From an uncultured Candidatus Saccharibacteria bacterium (GTDB taxonomy: Bacteria > Patescibacteriota > Minisyncoccia > Phycocordibacterales > UBA9973), in the NCBI GenBank assembly GCA_964626965.1, contig CAZVHB010000003.1, forward strand, positions 12,256 to 76,255: a DNA stretch of 64,000 bases, written 5' to 3'. The first letter of the stretch is position 1. Each line of letters starts with the position of its first letter. Under the pieces are notes generated by a model, which was given only the letters and a program-made list of their open reading frames with translations, was not told the DNA's origin and made no database searches. Shown here in pieces: positions 10,313 through 19,478 of this stretch. A program made the position numbers and the translations under genes.

Positions 10313-11210
10313 TATACACTTTTAAATCCGTAATGCCTTTTTCAAGAGATACTGACGGTTCCCAACCCAGAAGCTCTTTCGCCTTTAAAACACTCGCTAT
10401 GGTGTGTTTTGGCTCTAAACGAGGGGGTATGTGTACCGTCTCACCGCTAATAAGCTCTGCGATGTAATTAATAGAAAAGTTTTTTCCCGTACCGAGATTC
10501 ATCACTTCGCCATTACCCACCTTGCCTGAAGTCATAGCTTGTATGTTGGCTCTCGCTACATCTGTGACGTGGATATAGTCTCGAGTATTTGTCCCATCAC
10601 CGACGATCTGCATCGGTTCACCTTTTTTCTTAAATTCAACAAAACGAGGAATGACAGATGCGTATGACCCGACAGCACTTTGCCTTGGTCCATAAACATT
10701 AAAATACCTAAAACAAACTGTCTCAAGTCCATATACAGTAGCATAGAGTTTCATATAGACTTCCCCAATATATTTTTGAGCACCATACGGGGATAATTGT
10801 CGCGCATCCACCTCCATCTCTTCTGTTATCGGCATAATATCTTGATTACCATATATCGCTGAAGATGAAGCAAATACAACTCTCTTCACTTTATTTACAC
10901 GACACGCCTCAAGTACTGAGAGTAATCCATTTACATTAATGTCATTTGTCTCAATTGGATTCTCTAGCGAGTATTGAACTTGGGGTATTGCTGCTTCATG
11001 AAAGACACATACTGCATCTTTAAAGACAGGTATAAGCACTTCTGTATTCCTGATATCAACTTCATGTAAAGTTGCTTTTTGATTGAGATTTTCTTTTTTA
11101 CCAGCAGATAAATTATCTATCACATGGACATCGTATCCACTTTCAATTAACATATCAACAATATGTGACCCGATAAACCCTGCTCCACCTGTAACGATTA
11201 CTTTTTGCAT
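10302..11210 (-). CDS. NAD-dependent sugar-nucleotide epimerase/dehydratase (UDP-glucose 4-epimerase family)
   Basis: '[16 protein letters not shown]', 'YGAQKYIGE' (YxxxK), 'FNVYGPRQ'. Confidence 0.7.
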   Translation of the reverse strand: MQKVIVTGGAGFIGSHIVDMLIESGYDVHVIDNLSAGKKENLNQKATLHEVDIRNTEVLIPVFKDAVCVFHEAAIPQVQYSLENPIETNDINVNGLLSVLEACRVNKVKRVVFASSSAIYGNQDIMPITEEMEVDARQLSPYGAQKYIGEVYMKLYATVYGLETVCFRYFNVYGPRQSAVGSYASVIPRFVEFKKKGEPMQIVGDGTNTRDYIHVTDVARANIQAMTSGKVGNGEVMNLGTGKNFSINYIAELISGETVHIPPRLEPKHTIASVLKAKELLGWEPSVSLEKGITDLKVYNGI

Positions 11211-11221
11211 ACCTGAAATAT

Positions 11222-13264
11222 TTACTTAAACTCTAAAAGCTTATCTTGGATAAGTTCAGTCACAATTTTAGGCATATCGTTATGCCCCTTCAATCTCTCT
11301 ACCGCTTTCATGAAATTCTTTTTATCTTTCTTTTCTGAAAAATATTGGATAAAAAATAGGTACATATCATTATTTTCTTTTTTTTGAAATGAAAAATAAG
11401 CAGGACTTGAATCAAAAACAGTTTCAAGATTCTCAAAAGATTCTTCGTATTTTTCTTGGGTAAATAAATTAATAGCCAGAGCATACCCTACATCAATCTT
11501 TTGTGGATTGTACTCTAACACACTCCTCAAAAGAGTTTCTCCACGACTGACGAGTTCCATATCCTTAAGATCTTTCCCTGCATCAGTATACGTAATTGCG
11601 GTTGTTAATAAAAATTGATAGTCAGCTGGAACTTTTTCTAAATACCTGTCTGCTTGGGCAAGTGCAATACGCACAAGTTCAAGCGAATGTGGATCTTTCA
11701 CTATATCTAACTCTTGCACAGATACAAGAAAATATGCTCGAATCGGTTTCTGAGCCAGAGTGAAAGGTTCAAAAACAGTATGCATCCAAGTACTCATAAA
11801 CGCAGTATCCTTTGTTTTTTGTATTATATCGTACCGCCTCATTTGTGTATTTGCAATAATATTATTTTGAACATACCCAAAAATCAAGAGAGAAGTAACT
11901 ATAAGGAAAAATGTCACCAGAAGGAGAGAGTTCCTCATAAATAGAGAAGTATATGCTACATTTTCTGAATACTCCCTATTATTCTCGACCTCTACTTCCG
12001 GTCCAATTACAAAAGCAAGAACAGAAAACAGTGCGAGCATTGTAGTAATATGATCAAACAAGAAAAAGAGATGAACTAAAAGCATCACACCAAAAGCAAG
12101 AAATGCGATGTGAGAATATGAAAAAGTTTTCTTTTTAAGAAATGATCTGAAGTAAAAAAGAAAAATCGAAAGATACGCCAACAGCCCAAGAAGACCAGTC
12201 ATAACCAGCACATCTACGAACTTATTGTGAGCACGATCAAACCAAGTTATCTCATAGTCAAATTGCTTCGGGTTAAAATACTTTGTATATGCAACGATAA
12301 AATTCTCAGGACCCCAACCAATGAGTGATTTTTTAATACTTTCAGCTTGAGGATTCACTGAAGAAAGACCAATACGGCTCATCATTAATCTCGTTTGAAT
12401 CGTATCATCGCTTGTATTCATAACTGCAACACGAGACAGACCAGGAACCTTATTCCATATTTCACTTTTTCTTGTTGAGATAAAGAGTGTAGAGAAAGCA
12501 AGAACAGCAACAAGAAGCAATAGAGCAATTTTACGAACAGGGACACGAAGATACTTCATCTGCTTACCTCGAACAATCACATAAGTAAGCACACAAAGAA
12601 ATCCAACCACGAGGGCAACAAAAGTACCCCTTGTTTGTGTAATAAAAATACCTACGATAGAAAGAATAAGTGTTACGAAGGAAATATACTTCCAGAATAT
12701 ATTTTTAACCTGACTCAGGATAATAAGTGAGCAGAAAATTGAAAAAATGAGATAGCCAGCAAGAAAGCTCGGATTATCTAAAAAAGAACCTGGTCTTCCA
12801 GCACCTTCGAGTAACTGCATACACTGTTTAACCAAAACTGCCAAAGAAGCAAGGATATGTAATTTAAAAAAAATAAACCAATCTTTTTTCTCAAAAAGAA
12901 AAACACTCAAAAGAAAATAGAGGAAGAAGAATATAAGTGCAAGCAATCCTTCTCCTCTTTGAGCAGTACTCCAAAACGCAGTATAGGTATCAACAGCGAA
13001 AATAGTACTCACAACTGACAAAAAAATGAAAAGAAAAACTGAAAGAGCAAGAGGATTTTTCACAAGGCGCTTACTTTTCTGGATGATGGTTTCGCGATAG
13101 GTACTATCACGACTGACAGCTATGATAAAAAATACACTCGCAAACAAAATGGCCCCACGAAGAAATAGATTTTCACCCATTATAAAAGGAGAGAAAGCAG
13201 CAGGTGCGAACATAAACGGAGTAAAAGCGAGTGCCCACAAACATACCTTTGCTATCTTATTCAT
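11222..13264 (-). CDS. O-antigen ligase/Wzy_C-family polytopic membrane protein with C-terminal TPR repeats
   Basis: About 10 TM helices, a Wzy_C-like periplasmic loop ('TQTRGTFVALVVGFL'), then a soluble TPR-like C-terminal third. Confidence 0.6.
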   Translation of the reverse strand: MNKIAKVCLWALAFTPFMFAPAAFSPFIMGENLFLRGAILFASVFFIIAVSRDSTYRETIIQKSKRLVKNPLALSVFLFIFLSVVSTIFAVDTYTAFWSTAQRGEGLLALIFFFLYFLLSVFLFEKKDWFIFFKLHILASLAVLVKQCMQLLEGAGRPGSFLDNPSFLAGYLIFSIFCSLIILSQVKNIFWKYISFVTLILSIVGIFITQTRGTFVALVVGFLCVLTYVIVRGKQMKYLRVPVRKIALLLLVAVLAFSTLFISTRKSEIWNKVPGLSRVAVMNTSDDTIQTRLMMSRIGLSSVNPQAESIKKSLIGWGPENFIVAYTKYFNPKQFDYEITWFDRAHNKFVDVLVMTGLLGLLAYLSIFLFYFRSFLKKKTFSYSHIAFLAFGVMLLVHLFFLFDHITTMLALFSVLAFVIGPEVEVENNREYSENVAYTSLFMRNSLLLVTFFLIVTSLLIFGYVQNNIIANTQMRRYDIIQKTKDTAFMSTWMHTVFEPFTLAQKPIRAYFLVSVQELDIVKDPHSLELVRIALAQADRYLEKVPADYQFLLTTAITYTDAGKDLKDMELVSRGETLLRSVLEYNPQKIDVGYALAINLFTQEKYEESFENLETVFDSSPAYFSFQKKENNDMYLFFIQYFSEKKDKKNFMKAVERLKGHNDMPKIVTELIQDKLLEFK

Positions 13265-13306
13265 ACATAAATACTAGCAAAAATAGAGGGAAAAAGCCAT
13301 AAAATG

Positions 13307-15337
13307 TTACTTTAGTTTAAAATCAGGAATATCTTTCTGTGCCTGAGCTAAAGCTTCAGTATACAGTTTCTGATCTCCAATAATCTCTGCAAATTGAACC
13401 AGAAGTCGATGCGAAGACGCAAAGGTCGGATCAATGGCAATACCCTCCTTATAAGCATTTTCTGCTGATTTTAAGTCCCCTTTCCAGACATAGATCTGTG
13501 CCATACTCCAGTGCACATTTGGATTTGTTGGTGATAATTTTTTTGCTTTATTGAGTACCATTAGAACGTGATCAAACATCTCAGGATTTGCACTCATCTC
13601 ATTCAGATATAATAATGTTCCGTATAAATGTGCAATAGTAATTGATAAACGATAATCAGTTGGGTTACGAACAGAGACTTCTTCAAGATAATTAATCAAA
13701 CCAGTTAAATCCTCAACAACATACGGGAGGAGTTTTGTGTCGTTTTTGAATTGTGCTGGATTAGCTGAGTATTTTTTATACAGATCATCAGCAAGCCCTC
13801 CAACATCCCAAGCTTCACCAACAGAAGAACCAGAAAGAAGATCTTTGTACGCTTCTGCTCTTTTATTAATCGGCATAACAAATATCTCTGCATACGCTCC
13901 TGATTTAGATACAGGCATCTTTACAAAAAAGATAAGACAAGCAACACAGGCAAGACCGAGAAAACCGACAAGAAATACATCGTACTCTGAATCCGTGTAC
14001 CTCTTTTTCAGTGGAACTGTTTGACCATCATCACCATACAAGCTGTACAGTATTCCTGTAATCATAAAAAGTGCTGTAAGAGATAGGTTTGAATCAAATG
14101 TCATTAAGTTATTTACAATATAGGCGACAAGAAGTCCTACAAAAATAGAAACTTGAATCTTTGTGAGTACACCTTTTTTGTGTAAATGCAACAATACATA
14201 AAACAAACTACCCAAAAAGAGAGCATATAAAATAATGAGCGGATATCCACCAGACACACCAAGATCATAATATTGATTGTGAGCACGATCCGCCCAACCT
14301 TCATAGCTATTCTCTACTCGGAGGATTTTTGGATTGAAATTCTCTTGAAATGCAATTTGATAATTTTCTGGACCGTACCCAAGAACAGGATTTTTATCTA
14401 TTGCTTTTTGTGCAACATCCCAAAAAATAAATCGACTTCCTCGAGCTTGTTCTGCAAATTTGTTATGTAAGGTTGTATTTGGAGTAACTAATTGTACCCA
14501 TAAAAACCCAGAAACGAGTACTGCTATGGTCGCAATACCAACACTCAATCCCCTGATACTTTTCTTGGAAGAAAGAAACATATAACCAACGACGCTTGCT
14601 CCAATACCACTGATAATTGCTAGTATTGTTCCTCGAGCAGTACCAAGAATACTTCCATCAGAAAAAAGGCGGTACAGACTCGCAAAAACTGGCGAGAATA
14701 TAATAATGGCCATAGTACTGTAAATAAATAATTTTTTAGTTTTACTTATATTTTTACTACAGAGAAGAAACAAAGATACAGCCAGCGTAAACAAAAAATA
14801 ACCGGCAGCAAGTGTTGAGTTACCCGCAAACCCTCCCCCAGCATCTGTTTTTAACACAGTAAAAGGTAAATGAAAGCCATCAACACCCATCCATACACTG
14901 AGAGCCAAGAGAGAAGACCCGGCAATAAAATACTGAAACAACGAAGTAACATACGTCATTCCAGATTTCTTAACAAGCGAGGCAGTAACGAGAGCAAAAG
15001 CAAAGACATGATAAAAAGTCAAAAGCCCTGTGCCCCGCCCAAGAGAAGACCAGAAAGCGAGATTGGGATTTACTGCATAGATTGTTGCAAGTGTCATCCA
15101 GGTTAAAACTACAGAAGGTATTGCAAACATAAGAAGTGTTTTCTTTGAAAGACGATACTGTCGATCCTTAAAAGCAACATAGAGCCATAAGAAAAAGAGA
15201 ATTTCAACCACCCCATACATAAAAAATGTTTTTGATGAGATATGCGGAAATAGCCCACGACTCCAAAAAATGACCGGCATCAAAAGCACTAAAGTAAAAG
15301 AGAGGTATTCAAGCATGTTTTCTTTGAATGTATTCAT
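13307..15337 (-). CDS. O-antigen ligase/Wzy_C-family polytopic membrane protein with C-terminal TPR repeats (paralogue of 11222-13264)
   Basis: Same architecture as its neighbour ('ARGTILAIISGIGASVVGY', C-terminal TPR: 'AENAYKEGIAIDP'). Confidence 0.6.
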   Translation of the reverse strand: MNTFKENMLEYLSFTLVLLMPVIFWSRGLFPHISSKTFFMYGVVEILFFLWLYVAFKDRQYRLSKKTLLMFAIPSVVLTWMTLATIYAVNPNLAFWSSLGRGTGLLTFYHVFAFALVTASLVKKSGMTYVTSLFQYFIAGSSLLALSVWMGVDGFHLPFTVLKTDAGGGFAGNSTLAAGYFLFTLAVSLFLLCSKNISKTKKLFIYSTMAIIIFSPVFASLYRLFSDGSILGTARGTILAIISGIGASVVGYMFLSSKKSIRGLSVGIATIAVLVSGFLWVQLVTPNTTLHNKFAEQARGSRFIFWDVAQKAIDKNPVLGYGPENYQIAFQENFNPKILRVENSYEGWADRAHNQYYDLGVSGGYPLIILYALFLGSLFYVLLHLHKKGVLTKIQVSIFVGLLVAYIVNNLMTFDSNLSLTALFMITGILYSLYGDDGQTVPLKKRYTDSEYDVFLVGFLGLACVACLIFFVKMPVSKSGAYAEIFVMPINKRAEAYKDLLSGSSVGEAWDVGGLADDLYKKYSANPAQFKNDTKLLPYVVEDLTGLINYLEEVSVRNPTDYRLSITIAHLYGTLLYLNEMSANPEMFDHVLMVLNKAKKLSPTNPNVHWSMAQIYVWKGDLKSAENAYKEGIAIDPTFASSHRLLVQFAEIIGDQKLYTEALAQAQKDIPDFKLK

Positions 15338-15358
15338 ACGCCGATTATATCAAAAAAT

Positions 15359-15489
15359 CCCCACACCTACCAAACCATTATTTCAATATGTTTTAACTAC
15401 TCATAAAAGGTAACCATTGGTACATACATTTATGTCTCTACACAATGTGTATTTGAAATCAAAAACACGATGGTTTGGTAGGTGTGGGG
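15359..15489 (+). repeat. ~131-bp element bounded by perfect 20-bp terminal inverted repeats (copy 1 of 2; MITE-like or structured ncRNA)
   Basis: CCCCACACCTACCAAACCAT at 15359-15378 and its exact reverse complement at 15470-15489. The second copy at 30991-31128 has conserved internal ends and a compensatory change. Confidence 0.55.
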
Positions 15490-15495
15490 AAAAAC

Positions 15496-15527
15496 AAAAA
15501 ACCACCCAAATAGGGTGGTTTTTTGTT
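15496..15527. terminator. bidirectional rho-independent terminator
   Basis: ACCACCC-AAATA-GGGTGGT hairpin flanked by an A-run and a T-run. Confidence 0.7.
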
Positions 15528-15569
15528 AACTCTGAAAAGTTTACCTTTCCATCAGTCTAATACTAAGTA

Positions 15570-17561
15570 TTAGTTGTTGATGTATTGGAAAGCAGTTCGG
15601 TAGTTAGTTACAGGAAGTAGATCACTGTTTGTAGCAGTGTTGAGTGCAGCTTCTGTAAATGTTCGAATTGTATCCAATCGGAAACGAATTGAAGTATTAT
15701 CAGTTGCTGCTGTCATTGTTACGTTAACAGTGAAGTTCTTTGTAACACCATCATCAAGACGGAAACCGTTTGATTCAACAGTTGCGTCTGAAGTTGAGAG
15801 TGTGATTGAAGTTGTAGCAGATACACTTTCTGTATTTGGAAGTGCTGCAGTTTCTACAACAAGAGCAAATGCGTTTGAAGCAGTAGCTGCTGTTGCGAGT
15901 TGTGCAGATTGTCCAATGTACAATGTATTACCAAATGCAGTAACTGCAACTGGAATAGTGTATGTACGTGAAGTAATGTTACCGTTTTGGTCTTCTGTAC
16001 TAGCGTAAGTAGGAGTTCCCATTACAGTATTAACACCAGTTGAACGGAATGTCATTGTTTCACCCATAGCTGAACCTGTTCGGTCACCAGTTACGAGTTG
16101 ATCACCATTCATATCTTCTATATCAAAGTAGTTAGTTGTAGTAGCTGCAACCAATGCTGAAGTGATTTCAGCTTTCAAAGTTGTACCTTCTGTGAAGTTT
16201 ACATCAATGTCACTGATATCAGCGTAGATAACACCTTCTACTGTAGCATCTTTTTCTACAGAAAGATTGAGGTCATCGAAATTTTTAGTAGCACTAGAAG
16301 CTACGTTAGTTATTGTTTCATTGTATGTATTACCAGCAATCTTAAGAGTTACATTTGAAGTAACTTCATTAAGAGTATGTGATGTAGTAAATGTAACAGG
16401 AACTTGATCAAGCAACATGTTTGAACCTTGAGCTTTCAAAGTGAATCTCAAAAGTTCAACTTGGTTTGTATCAGATGTTGTAGAAACTTTAACAGTCTTT
16501 GCAGTCATGTTTGAAGTTGCAAGATTAACTTTCATTTCTACATCACTTGCTGTTGCGAGTGAAGCGAATTGGAAAGTCTTACTGATTAAACCAGTTGAGT
16601 CTGTCAAGATAGCACCTGTTCCATCACTGAAACGTGTACTTTCAAGAGTAGTTGTCCAAGTGTTTGAAGCGAGGTCTGTAGAATCAATATTTGCAGCTGC
16701 GTCAACTGATACGTAGAAAGTTTCTTTCTTATCAGCTTTTATAACAGCATTTGAAAGTGAAATTGATTTTGAGTAAACACCTGATGATTCTGAAAATGCA
16801 GAAACGTCAGCTGAACCAACTTTCGTTGAACCCATCCAAACTGAAACCTTAGTTGCGTAACGGTTAAGCTTGTCTGAGCCAGAACCTGTAGTCATTTCAA
16901 GGTTAAGTTTAACTGAGTTGATAGCGAGGTCAGAACCATTATCAGCTTCTACAGTGTATGCAAAAACTTTGTGGTCGACATCACCTTCTCCAACTTTTTC
17001 GTTTGAAATAGAAGAAAGAACTTCTACTAGTTGGATATCACCAGCACCACCAGTAACTACTGTTGTTCCAGCAGTACATGAAGCACCTGTAGTTGAACTA
17101 AAGAGTGCACCTGCTGTACATCCAGCTACTGTTGAAGTAGCAGTTGCACAAGATTGACCAGTTGTTGTACTGAATCCTGTTGTTGAAGTACATCCAGTTG
17201 GAAGAGTTCCACCTGTTGATACTGTTCCACAAACGTTACCGATTGTAGAAGCTGAGTTACGTGACATGTTACCGAAGTAACCTGTTGAAGGAACACCAGC
17301 TTTAGTTTGATACTTCATAACAGCTGCTTTTGTAGCCATTCCAAAGTATGTTGATTCGAAACCTTTTGAACCATTTGAACCTGTAGTCACATCAAGTGCT
17401 GTATCAGGACAAGCGTTCAAAAACATTTGTAGCCCTCGTACATTTTCACCAGTTGATCCAACCATCATGTTGGTAGTGAAAGTAGCTGTTGAAGCGTTTG
17501 CTGTAAGAGCAAAAGCAGCAACAAACATTGATGCGAGAGTTAATTTAAAAATTTTACTCAT
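15570..17561 (-). CDS. secreted surface protein: signal peptide, peptidoglycan-binding (PG_binding_1-like) domain, Ser/Thr/Cys-rich linker, large beta-rich C-terminal region
   Basis: N-terminal 'MSKIFKLTLASMFVAAFALTANA'; 'VRGLQMFLNACPDTALDVTTGSNGSKGFESTYFGMATKAAVMKYQ' resembles the PG-binding domain; the linker is 'TGGTLPTGCTSTTGFSTTTGQSC...'. Confidence 0.55.
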   Translation of the reverse strand: MSKIFKLTLASMFVAAFALTANASTATFTTNMMVGSTGENVRGLQMFLNACPDTALDVTTGSNGSKGFESTYFGMATKAAVMKYQTKAGVPSTGYFGNMSRNSASTIGNVCGTVSTGGTLPTGCTSTTGFSTTTGQSCATATSTVAGCTAGALFSSTTGASCTAGTTVVTGGAGDIQLVEVLSSISNEKVGEGDVDHKVFAYTVEADNGSDLAINSVKLNLEMTTGSGSDKLNRYATKVSVWMGSTKVGSADVSAFSESSGVYSKSISLSNAVIKADKKETFYVSVDAAANIDSTDLASNTWTTTLESTRFSDGTGAILTDSTGLISKTFQFASLATASDVEMKVNLATSNMTAKTVKVSTTSDTNQVELLRFTLKAQGSNMLLDQVPVTFTTSHTLNEVTSNVTLKIAGNTYNETITNVASSATKNFDDLNLSVEKDATVEGVIYADISDIDVNFTEGTTLKAEITSALVAATTTNYFDIEDMNGDQLVTGDRTGSAMGETMTFRSTGVNTVMGTPTYASTEDQNGNITSRTYTIPVAVTAFGNTLYIGQSAQLATAATASNAFALVVETAALPNTESVSATTSITLSTSDATVESNGFRLDDGVTKNFTVNVTMTAATDNTSIRFRLDTIRTFTEAALNTATNSDLLPVTNYRTAFQYINN

Positions 17562-18058
17562 ATTTTATAAAACGCACTTATAATTGCTTTCGACTTTTGT
17601 GCAATTTTGGTGTGCGTGCGTGTGATAAATCACACTCATCCAATGAAGCTTTTTTAAAAACATAATTATTCTTAAAAATGAATCTATGAATGTTTGGTAG
17701 AATTCTCTACCTTGTCGACAAGGTCCGATCTGGGTCACCCCATATCGAATCTATGTGCGATGCGAACATGTTATTTTCGACATGAAAAACATATCAGAAG
17801 AACATACGATACTCGGTATCAATATAGTATGCCTATTTTGTTTTTAATGATCGAACGTCAGATGTTGTGCACCTCACGCGTAATGTACCTATGCTAAACC
17901 TTGCGGTCGCATAAATAAACTACTTGTATATAATCTCATATAACACGTTAAAATGCAACAGAGATTACATATACTCTGACGGGACAGATTGGGAAATATT
18001 ACAGTGAGGATATAGGTTTTAGGTGGTAGGTTGTAGGGTAGATTTTAGTGCTCATCAA

Positions 18059-18103
18059 GACACAGCGAGGGTGGACCTTTGTCCAACCTCGCTGTGTCTT
18101 TTT
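18059..18103 (+). terminator. rho-independent terminator (plus strand)
   Basis: 12-bp stem GACACAGCGAGG/CCTCGCTGTGTC followed by TTTTT. Confidence 0.65.
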
Positions 18104-18136
18104 CTACCAGCTACAACCTGTAGCCTGCACCCTACG

Positions 18137-19042
18137 TTACTCCATGTCCTTTAGAAAAAAGTAGCGACTCCAGCGACGGTCCCCTTCTTTTCGGAGGTAT
18201 CCGTCTTTAATCAAATCATTGAGTTCTCGCTGAATAGTCTTCTCACTACAGTTGCCAATATGATTCAAAATGTCCTTTAGACTTGATTGCACCTGAGCTT
18301 GAGTATTATCTTTAATAAACTTAAGGATAGTCTTCTTTCTATGATTTTTATCTTGAGAATTTTTTGATTCAAGAAGTATATTTTTTGCAGAATGTCCTAT
18401 AGAAGAGATTCTATTGAGGGGCATTTTTTGTCCTATAGAAACTGGTGGTTTCTCTTTTTTATCGGTCACTATTTTTTGATTTTTATCATTGAGCTTTTGC
18501 ATTTTTTGTCCTATAGAATTTTGAATATTTTTCTTATCGGACAAATTACTTATTCCATTTCCATAATTCATGAGGGGGAGAAAATCGAGATCTTCGCCAA
18601 AGAAATTTTCATCAAAGAGTGGTGATACAACACCGTGCTCTTTCGAATAGTATTCCTTGTATCCATCAACATATTCTACAAGAGTTTTTATAAACATATC
18701 CACTTCTCGATCAAATAAATTTTTACTTTCAGGGGAGAGGATACCTTGGATCACAACACCCTGAGTGAGTGTTTTGAGTTCTTTAAGGACATACGAAATC
18801 TCTGAAGCAACATGAGCATGATGCTCGTTTTCTCGTGGATGGAGCATATAGGACATTTCAAGAAAATCTATACCAAGATACTGCAGTCTATCGGTCATAT
18901 TTTTATGAGACACGTACTTCGTGAGAAGAAACACAGCGTGATATATCCGATCAGCCTTATCGGTCATTTTTTTAAATATATCTTCAAAATGTGTGTATAT
19001 TTTAATATTACTCTGTATATTGTGTGGATTTTTTTCGTACAT
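18137..19042 (-). CDS. hypothetical protein with C-terminal winged-helix (DeoR-like HTH) and internal peptide repeats (SIGQKM x3, MTD(K/R) x3)
   Basis: C-terminal '...NHIGNCSEKTIQRELNDLIKDGYLRKEGDRRWSRY' resembles a wHTH; the gene carries the repeated DNA motifs noted in findings. Confidence 0.5.
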   Translation of the reverse strand: MYEKNPHNIQSNIKIYTHFEDIFKKMTDKADRIYHAVFLLTKYVSHKNMTDRLQYLGIDFLEMSYMLHPRENEHHAHVASEISYVLKELKTLTQGVVIQGILSPESKNLFDREVDMFIKTLVEYVDGYKEYYSKEHGVVSPLFDENFFGEDLDFLPLMNYGNGISNLSDKKNIQNSIGQKMQKLNDKNQKIVTDKKEKPPVSIGQKMPLNRISSIGHSAKNILLESKNSQDKNHRKKTILKFIKDNTQAQVQSSLKDILNHIGNCSEKTIQRELNDLIKDGYLRKEGDRRWSRYFFLKDME

Positions 19043-19478
19043 GAATGTCTTTTAGGTTAATAAAAATGTCCTATAGATCTTCTCTGGTATATCGCATGGA
19101 TATTTCTTCAAAGAGATATTCTCTGAGAACTGACCTTTAAAAAAATACGTGCCAAGCTACTCTTTTGATTCGCCCATTATACATGTCCTTTAGAATTTGT
19201 CCAATAGAAATAGAGACTCAGCTAGACACAACAATCTCACCTCTACCTCCGTAGTCTGTGAATGAGAGAAGAACAGGCACAAGTCTTTTGGTTCTTCCCA
19301 TAGGCTCGAACTGAAATGAGTTTGGAAGTTATCCACAGTTCGTGGATATGCTATAATAAGCAAACGCTGAATCAGTCTCAATTTTCCCGAACGAAAACAA
19401 TATGTCGACAATTAATTAAAAAGTAACACATTTACTACAGAAGAAACATACACTCATTCTGTAATAAAATTTTGGCGG

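Noticed and set aside
15637-17157. Several 90-120-aa plus-strand ORFs (15637-16008, 16441-16716, 16870-17157) inside the surface-protein gene
   Set aside because: They are antisense to a long, well-formed minus-strand CDS; their Ala/Val/Ser-rich composition is the mirror of the Thr/Ser-rich sense strand.
17694-17897. 67-aa plus-strand ORF in the 17.6-18.1 kb intergenic region
   Set aside because: Cys/Arg-rich and unconserved-looking. The region is more plausibly promoter/regulatory DNA and a small-RNA locus.
19190-19411. 73-aa minus-strand ORF in the ftsK upstream intergenic region
   Set aside because: No start context and not protein-like. The region is more likely the ftsK promoter/5' UTR (extended -10 TGCTATAAT at ~19336) plus the motif-bearing control region.
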